Numbered from the stretch's first letter, positions 29,783 to 44,630 are shown. The stretch: DNA of 64,000 nt from Chrysomallon squamiferum (GCA_012295275.1 CM022670.1:34348001-34412000); one strand, 5' to 3'. Numbers and translations: made by a program. Notes: a model not told the origin generated them from the sequence alone.

Positions 29783-31799
29783 TGGAAACTGATTAAAACT
29801 CAGCTCATCAGTTCAGTGGGTCGTACGTTTGTGTTTGAGTAAAACTGCCGAGTTCTTTTGACACTGGTGTACGTGTGTGCTTTTGTAGTATGTGTTGTTG
29901 TGTTTGGAAGCATATGTCTCTGCGTAGTCTTGTATGTTTGTGTGTGTTAAAGTATTGTGGGTTGAGTGTGAGGGGTTTTGTGTGTGTGTGTGTGTGTGTG
30001 TGGGTGTGTGGGGTGTGTGGGGTGGGGTGGGGGGTGTGTGGGTGTGTGTGTGTGTGTGTGTGTGCACATGATTTTTAAATATGTATGTGGTGATGTGTGA
30101 ATGAAAGGGAGTAAGTGTATGTATAATTTATGATGTGTGCCTGTGATTTTAAAATATTTTGTGGAACTTTGGTTTGTTATCATTGACTTCCATGTATTTG
30201 TTATATCAGTTATCTAATTATATATATATATATGTGTATTCGTCATTATATTAGTAATATCAAATTCAGAAGTTCAGTAATGTGTAAACATATAAATAAG
30301 TGGTAGGGACATCATCCTTACAAATAACATTATTATTGAATCAGAAAAATAGTTTTGAATATTTACACACACATACACACAGACACACATTATTCACACA
30401 AATAAACACATATACATGACACATACACCCATATACACATATACACCCATATACACATATACACCACACACACATACACATCACACACACATGTACATCA
30501 CTCACATATACACACATCACACATACATGCACATCACACACACATACACATCACACACAGACACACACACACACACACACACATACACACATACATGAAT
30601 ATACAAAATGCACACATATATACCACACACATATACACATTCACTTCAAACACACATGCCAAACTCAGCACACACACACACACACACACACACAAGGTTA
30701 TTTATAATGGTCTGAAAGCAGCAGAGAACATCTAAAACAAACTGAGTTTTGACATTTAGTTTGATGTTGTGTTTTCAGAAACACAACAAAACAAACTGTC
30801 ATAACCACATCACCACTGAACAAACACGTGTGTAATACTTGTTCTTATCACACGACCAGCCTGGGCTGTTAAAAAAACACACCTCTCCACTACAGACAGA
30901 TATCAATTATTCCATCTGTTTGCTTTTTTGTGTCATGTTGGTCCACTGTATTCAGCGAGTATTTCTCATAACACATATCATGTGCCTGTCAGATTGTGTG
31001 CTTTGCCCCCTTTGGGATGGCAGCATTAACGAGCTTTATAACTAGATCAACTGTCAGGTGGCGAATTCCTTTTTGGGGGGTATGTTGTTGTCACCGAGGA
31101 TGTGTTGAGTAGGTGTTTAGGTAGGTGTGCGGGGGTACGTTCTTATTATTGTGAGAAGATTATATTCTTTTTAGTGGCACAAATCATATTTTTGTTATGA
31201 GTGTTTTTAAGAAGAAGAAGAAAAGAAAAAGGATTTGAATGTAAAATGATAGTATTAAGATTTTTTTTTTTTTTTTTTAAATGTGTCATGTTGTAATTAG
31301 TTTTAGGTATTTTTATTTCTGATTGATACTTTTGTTTTGTTTTTATTTAATAAATAATCATATAATGGACTTTTTTTTTTTCATTTTTAAAATATTAAAT
31401 CAAGATATATTTGTTTTTGTAAAATGATAGTTTATTTCAATAATATGAAGTCTTTTCAGTTCTTTTTTACATGAATATTTTACATTCTGTTGCTATTTCT
31501 AAATGACTCAAAATTTATATTTTTCCACTATACATGTATACTGAAATCAGTATTTGTTTAGTGTGTTCATATATCATCATAGTTGTGGCAATTCATGAAT
31601 AAAAAGGTTGTGAAATATAAGAAGTATTCTATAAACTTTTCATGCAGTTCATATCTCCCTCTTTTTTTAACATTTTTAACAAAGACTGTGGAGACTGTAG
31701 GTGGGTTTTTGAAATATTAAATGATAATGATATTAGTATTTAGATGGTTTTGTTGTTTTGTTATTTAGTATGTTTTGTATTATTATTTCGTGTGTTGTG

Positions 31800-31860
<61 letters not shown>

Positions 31861-33229
31861 GGTGTGTATGCAAAGAAAAGAAAAAAAAAAACTATTCAAA
31901 ATGATAAAAAAAAAAAAAATCTTTTTATAAATTGTTTCACAGTCTTAATAAAGAACATTTATTTCAAGATATTTTAACTTTATAAATAATTCAACCGACC
32001 TGCTTCTTTTTTCTTACAATTATATCTACAGGGAAATAACACATTTATTAATTAGAGTTATTAACCAAGCATCATATATTAAATATATTATGCATGTGTG
32101 GAAGTTTAAATTCAAATTAATGAGGAACCAGTGATAGGAATCAAACTGAGGACACATCAAATACAGTGAAATTGTCTGCATGAACCTCTATTCCCAGCTG
32201 GCCACAGCAGGCTGAACCAGCTGCTACAACTGTATTCCTTCTGACAGACGACTAAATTACAGAGATGCTAAACCACTCAGTAATTCTTCATCAATGTCAG
32301 GTTCCTGGCTTCGTTTATGTTGATTTGGCCAATTGTGTGCTGTTATCACTGGTCCATGGGTGGCAATTTGAATAAATCAGAATTTCAGCTAATTTACAAT
32401 ACCAAGTATTCAGATTAACAGACCATGTGTTGGTGGTGGTGGTGGTGGTGGGTATGTTTAAAAAAAAAATTCTTTAAATTATGGTATATCTGATGACCCG
32501 GTGTAGAATGTTTGGTGATATTGTTAAAATAAAGAAACAGAAGTTATTTAGAAGTGTGAATGTGTTTCTGTGTGTATTTTTTATTAAATTGTTAAAATGA
32601 ATTTAAATGTTTTATAAAATAAAATGTGAAGCACTTTGCCAGGATTTGGTCATCAGTTTCATTTGTTAACTTTTTCCTTCAAGTTTGGTACCACCATTAC
32701 ACTTTTCTTCATGTATATTGCAGGAATTGTTTCCTGTTACTCATTTCAGTTTTAGAACACATGGATATATTTTAGTTTCAATATGCCAGAACTCTAGTAA
32801 CATTAAGATCTAACTTGCATGAAAAAGAATCATAACTCTAATGATTTGATACAACATCAGTTAATATTAAAACTCTTTAATCCACAATCTTTATCATCAT
32901 CAATATTGAAAATACATAGTAATCCAAGTGTATTATATAAAAAGTAACAGATGTAATTGTGAAGATGTTCAGCTGAACAATTCTCATAATAAAACAAATG
33001 TCAGTAATTAACAGGGAGTTAAAATTTTTCTCTAATTTCAGTTTGTAACTTGTGCTTTACAAATTAATTTATTTTTAAAATGTTTAAAATACAAAAAAAA
33101 AAAATTCTAGTTTCTTTTAAAAATAGGTAAAATAATCTTGTAACAAACGAAACACATTAGTAGTGGTTACCATCATTAACCCCCCATCATGTGATTTGTA
33201 AGGAGAACGTGTTTCCAGGTGACCTGTCC

Positions 33230-33425
33230 GTGTGTTTGATCATTGTTCTTCGTGTAAAACAAATGGTTCCCATGTCTGCTGCGGGACGCATCCTTGTTAC
33301 GGAGTATTTATGGAGCAATCAATCACACTCTGACATCAGCAACACTTCCACAGGTGGCAGTTTGCTCCACCTGGTCAGCTCAACTGAACTGGAATGATGT
33401 TCTGCACAATTTGAAGTGGCAGAAT
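33230..33425 (+). repeat. Diverged ~190-bp direct repeat, copy 1 (upstream of Ig1 exon)
   Basis: Collinear similarity with 35770-35965: ATCATTGTTC, CCCATG(G)TCTGC, TCAATCACAyTCTGrCATCAG and the identical 15-mer ACACTTCCACAGGTG (33342-33356). Confidence 0.85.
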
Positions 33426-33860
33426 GAGACTTTTTTGTCTCATTTTCTTTTGATTAATGGCTTTATTCCAACGATGTCCAAACCAGATGTTTTGCTGTCC
33501 GTGTGAGATCTTTGACTCCCCTTTGCCCCACATGTAAATACTAGTAAAAATATGTGTCAAATCAGAATCCTAAATTATTTATTTCAAAGTTTATATTAGT
33601 GTCTTGCTGTCTGCATATTTCTTCTACTTCACATTTTCCACATGTAAAATAACAATAGCAATAAAAAAATATGTTCAAATAAAAATCTTTGATTCAGAGT
33701 TGAAAATAACAGAACAAATATGTTTTACTGTTCAGGTATTTTTGTTTTATATTTCAAGATCTGTCTAAACAGTCACATTAGTAAACTTTATTTTTATCAG
33801 TATTGCACTTTTCTTTATTTACAATTTGAAGAAATCATAATTTTAATTCATATATATAGG

Positions 33861-33893
<33 letters not shown>

Positions 33894-35164
33894 TTTCTCA
33901 AATCTCTTTACATTTTTATAAAGTCTTTATAACCTTTCAGTAATGTTTTTTCTTCTTATTCTTTTTTTTTCTCACCCTTTAAAGTTTCAAGAAATCAGTA
34001 TTAATACAATATATTCTACTCAAATCCAAATTCTGTTGTTTGAAAATGAAAGAATAAGTAAGGTGCATAAAACAATAATAATAATAAAAGTAAATAAAAA
34101 GATAACAATAAAAAATGATTGAAACTGATAAGCTTTTTGTAGACAGTTTGTTTATCAAGGATTAATATAATATTTGATATGAAAACACACAAAGCAGAAA
34201 ACTAAAACACATTTTAAATTAACATATAATATTATGACAAAGTTCAAATGATATTTGACTGAAACTGTTTAATTATTGAAACTGTTTGAACTTTGTGTTT
34301 TGGTCACATCATGTTTGAAAACCAGCATTGTGAATATAACCATTTTAAACTTTTACATTTAATTTACAATATGAACAATTTCAAAACTGTTACTTTTATT
34401 CAATATTAAAATCATGCAAACTTCAACAAAGATTTTTTTAAATCTGTTAATTAAATATCATGGCTTATCAGATTATTTTTTAAAAAACATCGAGTTTTCA
34501 ATCACTTATCATTCAAGCATTTTCAACCAATATAATATTACTAACTAAATGTAAGTTTTGTCCATTTAGAATTCTTTATGAAGTCTAACACAGATATGTT
34601 GATCTGTAATTGTATTAAAAATACCATACATATTTTCTTTAGTGGTTATGTGGTTTCTAATATATCACAGATCAAAGTGCCATAGGCCAATACGTAAGAA
34701 AAAATTGCATCATCTGTCAAAAGGTTATGGATATTATAGTTTAACCGGTTAAACTTTAACCCAAGTCGATGTGAAGGTTTTTTTTATAATGTTTGTGTTT
34801 ACTGGATATTTACAGTGGGGGAAAAAAAAAGTATATCTTTAACAGAGTATACAAATTTTCATGATAATCATAAAAGTAAAATTTATTCTTTATTAAAAAA
34901 AAAAAAAAAGAATTCAAATTGAATCCTCTAATTAAAATATTTTCTTCTTTCAAGATTTGGAGGAAGACATCATTTTTCTTTAAAATTTATATTTTATATG
35001 AAGTATGAGTAAAGGGTATATTTATAATTTCTCAATAAAATTTTGATATTTTTTTTGTTCTTCAGGGTCTGATTAATGGTTACATTTACAATACTAAATC
35101 ACTTGCTTTACCGTGCAATACTGAAGCACATTTTTAAAACGTCTGTTCTTGGCTTTGATTTCAG

Positions 35165-35443
35165 ATCTGAAAATAACCCGACCCCCACGCAATGAGACCG
35201 TCCTGGAAGGGCGTCGCTTCAGCTTCCCCTGCAAGGCCAAGGGTCACCCCCCACCCCGCATCCGCTGGTTTCACAACGGAAATGAGCTGTACAAAGACGG
35301 ACGCAACTACCACATCTCCAACAAGTCTGGAACTCTGCGCTTTTCCAAGGTTGACGTCATCGACCGAGGAGAGTACCAGTGTAAGGCTGAAAACGACGTG
35401 GATGCCGATGTGCTGTCAGAAAAAGTCTATCTCACTGTCAACG
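35165..35443 (+). CDS. Coding exon 2: complete I-set-like immunoglobulin domain (Ig1)
   Basis: Acceptor tttgatttcag| and donor |gtaagt; 279 nt, phase 1-1. Translation DLKITRPPRNETVLEGRRFSFPCKAKGHPPPRIRWFHNG...GTLRFSKVDVIDRGEYQCKAEN...VYLTVN shows the canonical C, W and DxGxYxC residues and N-glycosylation sequons NET and NKS. GC-rich codons against an AT-rich background. Confidence 0.95.
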
Positions 35444-35769
35444 GTAAGTGTCGAACTTTGACTTTATACAAGAACTGAGAAACTCAAAAAAAAGAACAAA
35501 AAAAACAGCCCAAAACAATCATCAACAACAAAAAAAAACAGTCCAAAAATAATAACAACGAATTTAATAATAAAAAAAAATAAAAAAGTTAAGAAATAAA
35601 AATTATTATAACTATGAAAAACCCAAAACAAAATCAAAATGAAACAAAACAAAACATCATGGTAAATAAACGAAATTTATTACATGTGTATGCAATTAAA
35701 ACAAAGACAAAAAAAAAAAAAAAATTATTATGATTCCAGCTTAACATTTTTATTAATGGCTGTAAATTT

Positions 35770-35965
35770 GTGAGTTTAAATCATTGTTCCTGATGAACTG
35801 AAAACCCATGGTCTGCATCTGGATGCATGCTTGTTGTGAGCTGTTTATGAACCAGTCAATCACATTCTGGCATCAGGGACACTTCCACAGGTGCCAGTTG
35901 ATTTAAACTGGTCATGTGAACTCAAAGTCTTCTAATGAGTTCTGCTTATAATTGTGAAATATGAA
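35770..35965 (+). repeat. Diverged ~190-bp direct repeat, copy 2 (downstream of Ig1 exon)
   Basis: Same motif order as 33230-33425; ACACTTCCACAGGTG at 35879-35893. Confidence 0.85.
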
Positions 35966-36314
35966 TAAATACCAAAGGAAGTTTATCACTTCTCATGGCT
36001 TATTCTTACTGATAAACATGCATAATTTACATGCATGTTACCATAAAAGCATATACATATATGATAATTTTCAACCAATGAATACTGGTCCTATGGAAAA
36101 TGGACTAGTGAATCTATGGCTTAATCATAGAGAAATCAAATATGTGACTTCTGCAGTCTTTGGAATAAGAAATATATGTTTTTAATAGACAAAGTCTGGT
36201 TCCTAGCAGAATACACTGTCAAGCAAATAAAACAGATAAATAGATTACAGATAACCTAGTAAAACATTTTCATTAAATTGTTTTCTCAAAACTAATGTTA
36301 ATAATATTTTTCCT

Positions 36315-36345
<31 letters not shown>

Positions 36346-36369
36346 TTTTTGTTGTTATTGTTGTTTTTG

Positions 36370-36443
<74 letters not shown>

Positions 36444-36529
36444 TATTATTATTATTATTATCATTATTACAATTGTTATTATTATTTGGTTTGTTTCTAA
36501 ATTTAATGATAATACATAATGTAATAAAT

Positions 36530-37485
36530 TAATTGAAATGGTTGCCAGTTAAGGCGAATAATTGTACCAAGGTTCATTCATTCATATGGTTACACATTAA
36601 GACAATGTAATACTGTCACTACCGTAGATCACCATGGTTTCATTTTGCGACTCTGTACACATCTGTATTTCAGTTATTAGATTCCCCTCATTTTAAACAG
36701 TAGGGAGGTGACACAATATAACACATTTATTACATCACGTCTCCTTGGTTTCTGCATTTCTTTTATTAGCTTCCACCAGTTGAAAGTGCAAGAAGTTAAA
36801 ACAGTGTAGCACATTTGTTTGGTCACCTTGGTATTTTATAGCTGTTTAAAACATTTATATTTGAGATATAAACAAATTAAGACAGTGTAATACTTTTGTT
36901 ATAAGGATAGGTTGCCATGGTTTTACTGAATAGCTGTATAAAAAATAAATACAATTTAATAAAATAAAATACAATAAAATAAAATAAAATAAAATACAAA
37001 TAATAAAGTATATATTGCTGTCGGTAGGTTCTACTGATTTTAAACAGATATTAAGACAGAACAGAAGGTCACTGTTATTTCATTTATGGCTATATGATGA
37101 ACATCTCTGTTTCAGTTAATTGATCTAACAGATGATAACTAAGTTAGTTCTGTATTACACCTATAAAAAATTATACTATCTATTTTAGTCACAAACAACA
37201 AATAGAAACAAGATGGTGTATTACATATTTTGTCATAACAACAACAACAACAACACACCAAAAACAGTTTTATTTTGTAGGTATTTAGATACCTGTATTT
37301 CACTATGTGTTTTCCATTAAAATCGGGTAGAAACACGTGAAAACAATGTAATGACATTTTGTTAAGACAGTAGTTACCATGGTTTTATTACTTTATAGAA
37401 GTCTAGAAGGTCCCCCAAGGTTTTATTTTGTAGCTCTGTACAGTTATTCAAGTTAGCAGATTCCATCAGTTTTCAAACTGGGTTT
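36530..37485. repeat. Cluster of ancient degenerate repeats
   Basis: TTAAGACArTrwwwTAC and CCATGGTTT/CCAAGGTT motifs recur (about 36597, 36877, 37362), and CTCTGTACA...AGTTA..AGATTCC is shared between ~36650 and ~37434. Confidence 0.55.
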
Positions 37486-37928
37486 AGAAATACCTCCATA
37501 AAGTATCTTTTCAAAACTTTTTAAGCTTTGTTTACATTATCATGTATGCATGGAATGATTTTAATCAACATGTTTACATACGTTTCTTTGCTAAGTGCTT
37601 ACATTCAGAAAACCAGATGAGATAGGAGAAAAAAGTGCGTTCCTGGTGAGTGTATATTTAGCATCATACAGTGACTGATGCTGTTTCTTTAGGCTGAAAT
37701 TTGAAAGATCCTGTTGAAGTTGTCAAATGACCTGTTTGTCAACATTCACTTTTTTACATTTTTTTTTTTTTTTTTTTTTTAAATTTCAATCCATGAAGGA
37801 ATGTCACAAGAGATGACAAGATTGCTTGAATAATAATGAAAAATATGTACAAAAAGAGTAAACTAAGAACAAAGAGTTGTATTGTTTACAATAGACAAAG
37901 TATATAACAGTTCTTATCTAGTATGTAA

Positions 37929-38028
<100 letters not shown>

Positions 38029-38248
38029 TTAACAAATTCTAAAATATAATAAGTTAAACAGTTGTCCTTATATTTCCCAACTCCCTTCGCTTATTGTGTA
38101 GTTGTAACATTACAGAAATAACCAACAGATCCATTATGAATTCAGATGTACTGGTATTTTCTGTATGAAGTATATTTAATAATAATAATTTTACCATTGT
38201 TTTAGTAGTTTATTTTACTGGGCATGCCTCCAGAAATTACCTCCCTTC

Positions 38249-38295
<47 letters not shown>

Positions 38296-38550
38296 CTTCT
38301 TTCTTTCTTTCTCTGAAGACCAACAAGTCTACATAAAAGTGCTGGATCAATCTGACAAGAGATTTAACTTTTTATGAGGTCATATTATTCTACCCTGCTA
38401 GACAGTGTAATATGCTAGGAACCAGACGTTGTTTGTGTGGGCCCCTGTATGGTGGGCAATGGACTGTGACTGGTGTTCATTGTCACAAATGATTTCAATT
38501 GTTATAATTCAGGCAGCATTTGGTAGCTTGGAAATAACAATAACAATAAC

Positions 38551-38586
<36 letters not shown>

Positions 38587-39240
38587 GCTTTGATAATTTT
38601 TTATTATTTAGAAAAGAAAAAAATTTTGTTTTCTTTATTTCTTTCTTTCTTTTTCTTTTTTTTCTTTTTCTTTTTCTTTTTTTCTTTACAGTTGCTTGTT
38701 GTTGTTTTTTTTCTTCAACAAAATGGTTCAATGGTGGGTTTTTGAAGGGAGGTTGGGAGGTTGTTTTTTTATTATTGGTAACAGTTTATCTTTATTAAAA
38801 GTAATAAATAATTGTTTTATACTGAAAATATAATCAGTGATAAAATATTTCATTTGAAGAGTTTGATGTTATTATTTTATTTTATTTTATTTTATTAAAT
38901 TGTATTTATTTGTTTTTTATTTACTTTTGTTATTTTTTTTATTGGCTTAGTTCTGTTTGTTTTTATTTATATTTATCTTGATAGATTGGGTGTGTGGGGG
39001 TTTTTTTGTGGTTTTTTTCTCAGTTTATCTTACACTGATTTTGTTTGTTCTTTTTATTAAAAAAAATATATATATATATATCTCCTCTATTTTTGTATAT
39101 ATATCTTTAGAGGATTTGAGTACAAATTCTCCAACATACTTAACAACATTTCTTTTTTTAACATAAAAAGAGTTTGCCTTCAGGTAATTCCTTGTGCACT
39201 GTGATACAGTTCATGTTCAACATGTGTACAGTGCTTATAC

Positions 39241-39309
39241 TCACACACACACACACACACACACTCACACACACAAACACACAGACACACACACACACAC
39301 AAACACACA

Positions 39310-39350
<41 letters not shown>

Positions 39351-39379
39351 ACAGACACACACACACACACACACACACA

Positions 39380-39434
<55 letters not shown>

Positions 39435-39471
39435 ACAGACACACAAACACACACTCACACACACACACTCA

Positions 39472-39526
<55 letters not shown>

Positions 39527-39529
39527 ACA

Positions 39530-39628
<99 letters not shown>

Positions 39629-39729
39629 CCACACACACACAGACACACACTCACACACACACACACAGACACACACTCACACAGACACACACACACTCAC
39701 ACAGACACACACACACACAGACACACACA

Positions 39730-39804
<75 letters not shown>

Positions 39805-39805
39805 T
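39241..39805. repeat. Long interrupted (CA)n microsatellite, ~560 bp
   Basis: CA runs interrupted by GA/CT. Source of the THTH/VCVC pseudo-ORFs. Confidence 0.98.
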
Positions 39806-40542
39806 CACCCACCCACCCAGCCAGAGGTGTCCTGTTCTTGTTGTAGCAAGCATGGGTGTACACAAACACCCAGATCTTACAAGGCAGAGGTGGATTGTAT
39901 GCACAACTGGTTTGTCACAATGATAGGTATTTAGGTCAGGGGCTTGATATAGACATGTTGGCTTTTTATCACTCACGAGATCATGCCTTTCGTGAAACTG
40001 ATAGTAAATTCCTGATTGATCTGTGAGGTTAAGCTTACAGCATGTGGGAAAGAATTTCACTTTATGTAAATAATTGTGCTCTGCATGTCGAACAAATGGC
40101 TTACATGCTCTGGTGTAATTATGTGAGTGGTTTGTTGGTATGTAAGCAAGCTAACTGATAATTAATTCCATTTTCACTTCTCTTTTTTCTTTAATGGTTT
40201 CTACAAAATAGTGTAATGTATTCACATTGTTGAAGATTTTTTCTGAAGTCATAAAGTGTAAAATCCTCGCGGGTACATGAAATATGTTTTTACTTGACTC
40301 TGCCCTTGTGAAAATAATACTTTTTAAATTAATTTTTCTTTTTTTCTTTTTCTTTTTTTATTTAAATCATTTTTTGTGATTGTGATTTCTTTGTATTTGT
40401 TTAATTATTTCATTTATTTCATTTTATTTCATTTTATTTTATTTCATTTTATTTAAATTATTTTATTTTTATTACAATGAATACATAATTTACTCTTTTA
40501 TTTAAACATCTTGTTTTGAATGATTCAGAAAATATTTGGTAT

Positions 40543-40573
<31 letters not shown>

Positions 40574-40856
40574 TTTGTTTGTTTGGCTGTTTGTTTGTTT
40601 GTTACACCAGTTAATATACAGTCAGAAAATGTTTATTTTAAAATATTTTCTCATCAGACATAATTTTTAATTTTTAATTTTTAATTTTTTTGGAGGTATT
40701 TAAAAAGAATTACTTGTCTCATATTTTGTTCTTATTAAACATATTCATGCATCCATTTGGTTCATTCTAACAGGAAAATGCCCCATTACTTCTGAAACCA
40801 TCATGTATACAGACACTTAACAAATATTAATATAAAGATGATGTGTGTTTTTACAG

Positions 40857-40984
40857 CTAAAGCAACCATCTACGAGTGGTCACACACTAACCGGAGAGTG
40901 AAGCACGGACAAGAAATCCACCTAAGATGTCAGGCGATTGGAATTCCTTTACCAACCGTGCAGTGGAAGAAAAATGGCAAACTG
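40857..40984 (+). CDS. Coding exon 3: N-terminal half of second Ig domain
   Basis: Acceptor gtgtttttacag| and donor CTG|gtatgt; phase 1 in, phase 0 out. Reads AKATIYEWSHTNRRVKHGQEIHLRCQAIGIPLPTVQWKKNGKL, matching the Ig LxCxAxGxPxPxVxWxKNG motif. Confidence 0.92.
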
Positions 40985-43900
40985 GTATGTAACTCTTCGT
41001 TTTGGTACTGGTCAGCATATTAAGGATTATAATAAATTGTATTCCACTTGCAGATCAGGTTAAATCATAGAGAACAGTATACACTCAACCTGCCTTATCC
41101 TTGGATTTGGTTGGTACTGGTGTGTTTTTTTTGACTAATTAATCATTTATTCATTCTCTGATCAACCTGTTGTTCAAAGATATTTTTGAAAAAATTACTG
41201 TATTTCCATGGTGGCATTAAAGCATGCTAGATTGCTGTATCAGTAGCAGTTACCCAGTTTTTTGTAGTATTTATAGATGGTTTTTCTAATTGTTAATAAT
41301 CATAGGGTAAAATTAATTCATTTTAATATAAGTCTCCTGAGCATCTGTACTTTTTGCTCTTCCTAGAACTGTATAATCCACAGATTAGGTGGTCCAACTG
41401 TTTTCAATTAACAGTACAGTAGTCTGCATAGAGGAGAGACCCAAACATAATGAAAAGTTTAATGTGTAATACTGGCAATAACATACAGACATGTCCTTAT
41501 TAAGTGTCTGAAGTATAGATGTTAGTGTAACTGAAATTATAATACCCTTGTCATAAAAATGGTGAATAATGTGACAAGTATGTCACTTTGTCAGTGTGTA
41601 ATAATGAACATAATGTCCCATTTGTACTGTAGGCGTATCTGATGGAAAGCACAATGCACTTGTAATACAGACAATAAAAAATAATGAAAACAGTGTCCCA
41701 TTTGTAGCATAGGTGTTGTATTTGTATAAATAAAAGTACAATGGAATTGTACTTTTAATTACAATGCAATATGTGTATTTGATTTGATATAATAAGTACA
41801 TTTCATTTGTGGAATGTACAATAGCACAGTGTTGAGATAATCGATTGTAATATAATGAAGAATATTATATTTTATTTAGAGTATGTTCAACAATATGATT
41901 AAATGTGTATCTAACCCATGCAGGGTATTGTGTGTTTTAAAAATATAGATTATATTGGCCAAACAAAAAGTCCATGTTTTCAGTATAGCAGATAATTAAA
42001 ATTACACCGACTTAATCTTTTACTGTGAATTAATTCTATTACCATATATAGACCTGACTTTAATTTATTAAAGAAATCTCCAGTCAGTACATTAGTAGTG
42101 TTTTTACTGTAAAATAATGCCTGTATTTCTTAACAGGTAATTGTTGTAGTGGTGGTGGTGGTGGTGGTGGTGGTAGTTGTAGTAGTAGTAGTGTCAGCAG
42201 CTGTTGTAGTAACAGTAATAGTGGTAGAAGTTGTAACGGCAGTAGTTACAGTAAAAGTAGTAGCACTACTCATTATAGTTATAGTAGAGTAGTATTAGTA
42301 GTAATACAGGTTGTAGTTGTAGTAGTGGTAGTAATGGTGATTCTGTATTATTTGAATATACGATGATACACTGACATCTGTTATTTCTAATGTTCTCATT
42401 ATTCAGTTTAGAAAAAAAAATAAAGAATAAAAAATAATTTGTTACAATGCTAGTCAAATTTCTGCCACAAGTAGAATAAACAGAGAAACATCCACTCTGT
42501 AACTGATATGGTTATGCTGTAAATAAATGGGTATTTATTCTTATTCATTTCAACGGTTTCATTTCTAACAAGATGTTTCAGGTAACATAATACTGATTCA
42601 GTTTTGGTTGTAATGTAATTTTACTCTTTTATCAAACTTGCTGAAATCATAATGGCTTATGTTGTTTGTTTGTTTGTTTGTTATTTGAGTCTTGAAATGA
42701 ACTTGCATAATTACGTTTGTGGACACTAACGCTGTGTAGACAATTTGCACTAGCTGACAGACCATAATCTCTGTTTAATGAGTGTTTTAATAAGAACAAA
42801 GGTTTATGCAAGCAAATATTTACAACCAAAAATCCCAAATAAAAAAAATGTATATAAATTTATTATCTGTGTATCAAAATTTTCAAAACAATTTTTAAAA
42901 TTTTGAATTAAGTTATAGAAAAAACCAAAATACAAAAATATCAAAAAATAATGGTTCACTCAAACAACCTAATTTTGGTTTAAGCCAAATTTTAAACTTT
43001 GCATAATTTCTTTAAAAGTAATTTGAAAAAATATAATATGAAACTTTTACACAAATTCAACTTCATTTCATTTATTTTCAAGAAAATTTTACTTTTTTTC
43101 TGAAGGGTAGGAAAAACTCAGTCTGTTTAAACTTTTTCAACTAATAAACCCAGCCTTTAGAAGACTTTTTTTAACCATCAATAAATTTTCATAACATTGA
43201 AATTAAACGCATTGTTTTTAGAATAACTGTTTTACTCTCTTTGCCTTTTGACCATCTGTACATACTTGTTACTTATCCTAACTGTATTCATGTATGTCAC
43301 AGTGATAACATGTATAATAGATATGTTTATTATTACGACTATGTCTAATTTTACAGGAATACTGATATGGATATGTCTTCTGTGTATGTATGTGTATAAT
43401 ATACACACAGACACACATGCATATATTGTTACAAAATTATATATGTAGTTCCCATTCAACTCTATATGCATGTATATTAAAATGAGTAATTATGCTGAGA
43501 GAGTTTATTAAACTTGTTGGTGTCACCTTTCAGCACTTAACATCACTATTAATTTTAAGCCCACGTATACATTCACTGAGCAAATAAAGTGGTTTCATTA
43601 AATCTGCTGATAAGTGTAATTTACACTGAAACGGCTTTGGAACTGATTTCTCAAATTATTATTGTGGGTGATAATGCTGGTAATGCAGTCAATGTGCTGA
43701 TCTCTGCTTTCAGATTTATGTATTGATAAGAGGTGCTGTGCTTTGTGAGTATGGCAATTTACGGTGTTCGAGGGCTGGGACCATATGTGAAACAAATTGG
43801 CTACAAAGAACTAACAGCTGGGTGTGTGTGTGTGTTTAGATGTGCAATTATGAAAGAGAAAAAAGAAAATGAATTGTTTGATTAGGGAAAATGCTACGAA

Positions 43901-44373
43901 TAAAAGAAAGTGTTAGATTATTTATTTATTTTTTGTATCTGAGATAATAGTGACTTCAGTTCTTTTATCATTATTCTTTTAACGTTTTTAATTTTATTTA
44001 ATTTAATTTTTAATTTAATTTTTTTATTTTTATTTTTTTATTTTTTATATTTTATTTTTTATATTTTTTATATAATATTTATAAGAAAAAATAGAAATAA
44101 TAATAATATTTCTGGGGTTTTTTTTTTTTTTTTTCAATTTTTTTCCTTATGTCTTTACTATCTTTTTTCTGGGTTTCTTTTTGTTTGTTTGTTTGTTTAT
44201 TTTCATTGTCCACATTTTTCTCCATCACTTTGTTTTTTCTCAGATTTCAATTGAGGATGCAGTCCTGTGTGTTTTGAAACACTCATACAGCATTCTGTGA
44301 TTTAATAGCCCAGCACTTGTGTGCACTTGAGCCAAAATTATCGAAATTTAAAAAAAAAAAAAAAAAAAAAAAG

Positions 44374-44404
<31 letters not shown>

Positions 44405-44599
44405 AAAAAAAAAAAAAAAAAAAATGATTTTAGAAACAAAACCAGATACATATCTTTTCAGAGTATCTAAGTACAAACTGTTATTTAAAACATAACAAGA
44501 AAAGGGTGGGACTGGTTTGAACTATTTTAATTCTAAACATATGTAGCTGAAAAATAAAGATAAAAGTCTCTAGAAGAAAATTTCTTGTCTCGTTTTTTT

Positions 44600-44630
<31 letters not shown>

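Noticed and set aside
34811-34836. TACAGTGGGGGAAAAAAAAAGTAT resembling a Tc1 terminal inverted repeat
   Set aside because: No matching opposite end was found, and the match is short and low in complexity.
39174-40060. Long THTH/VCVC ORFs up to 249 aa
   Set aside because: Translation of (CA)n microsatellite. The same applies to the ORFs at 11278-11500, 15531-15866, 16888-17234, 29813-30598 and 46038-46329.
44245-44300. Strong-looking acceptor (ttgttttttctcag) giving ISIEDAVLCVLKHSYSIL* in the exon-3 frame
   Set aside because: It would truncate Ig2, shows no similarity to exon 4 and has no clear donor. Pyrimidine-rich AG sites are frequent by chance here.
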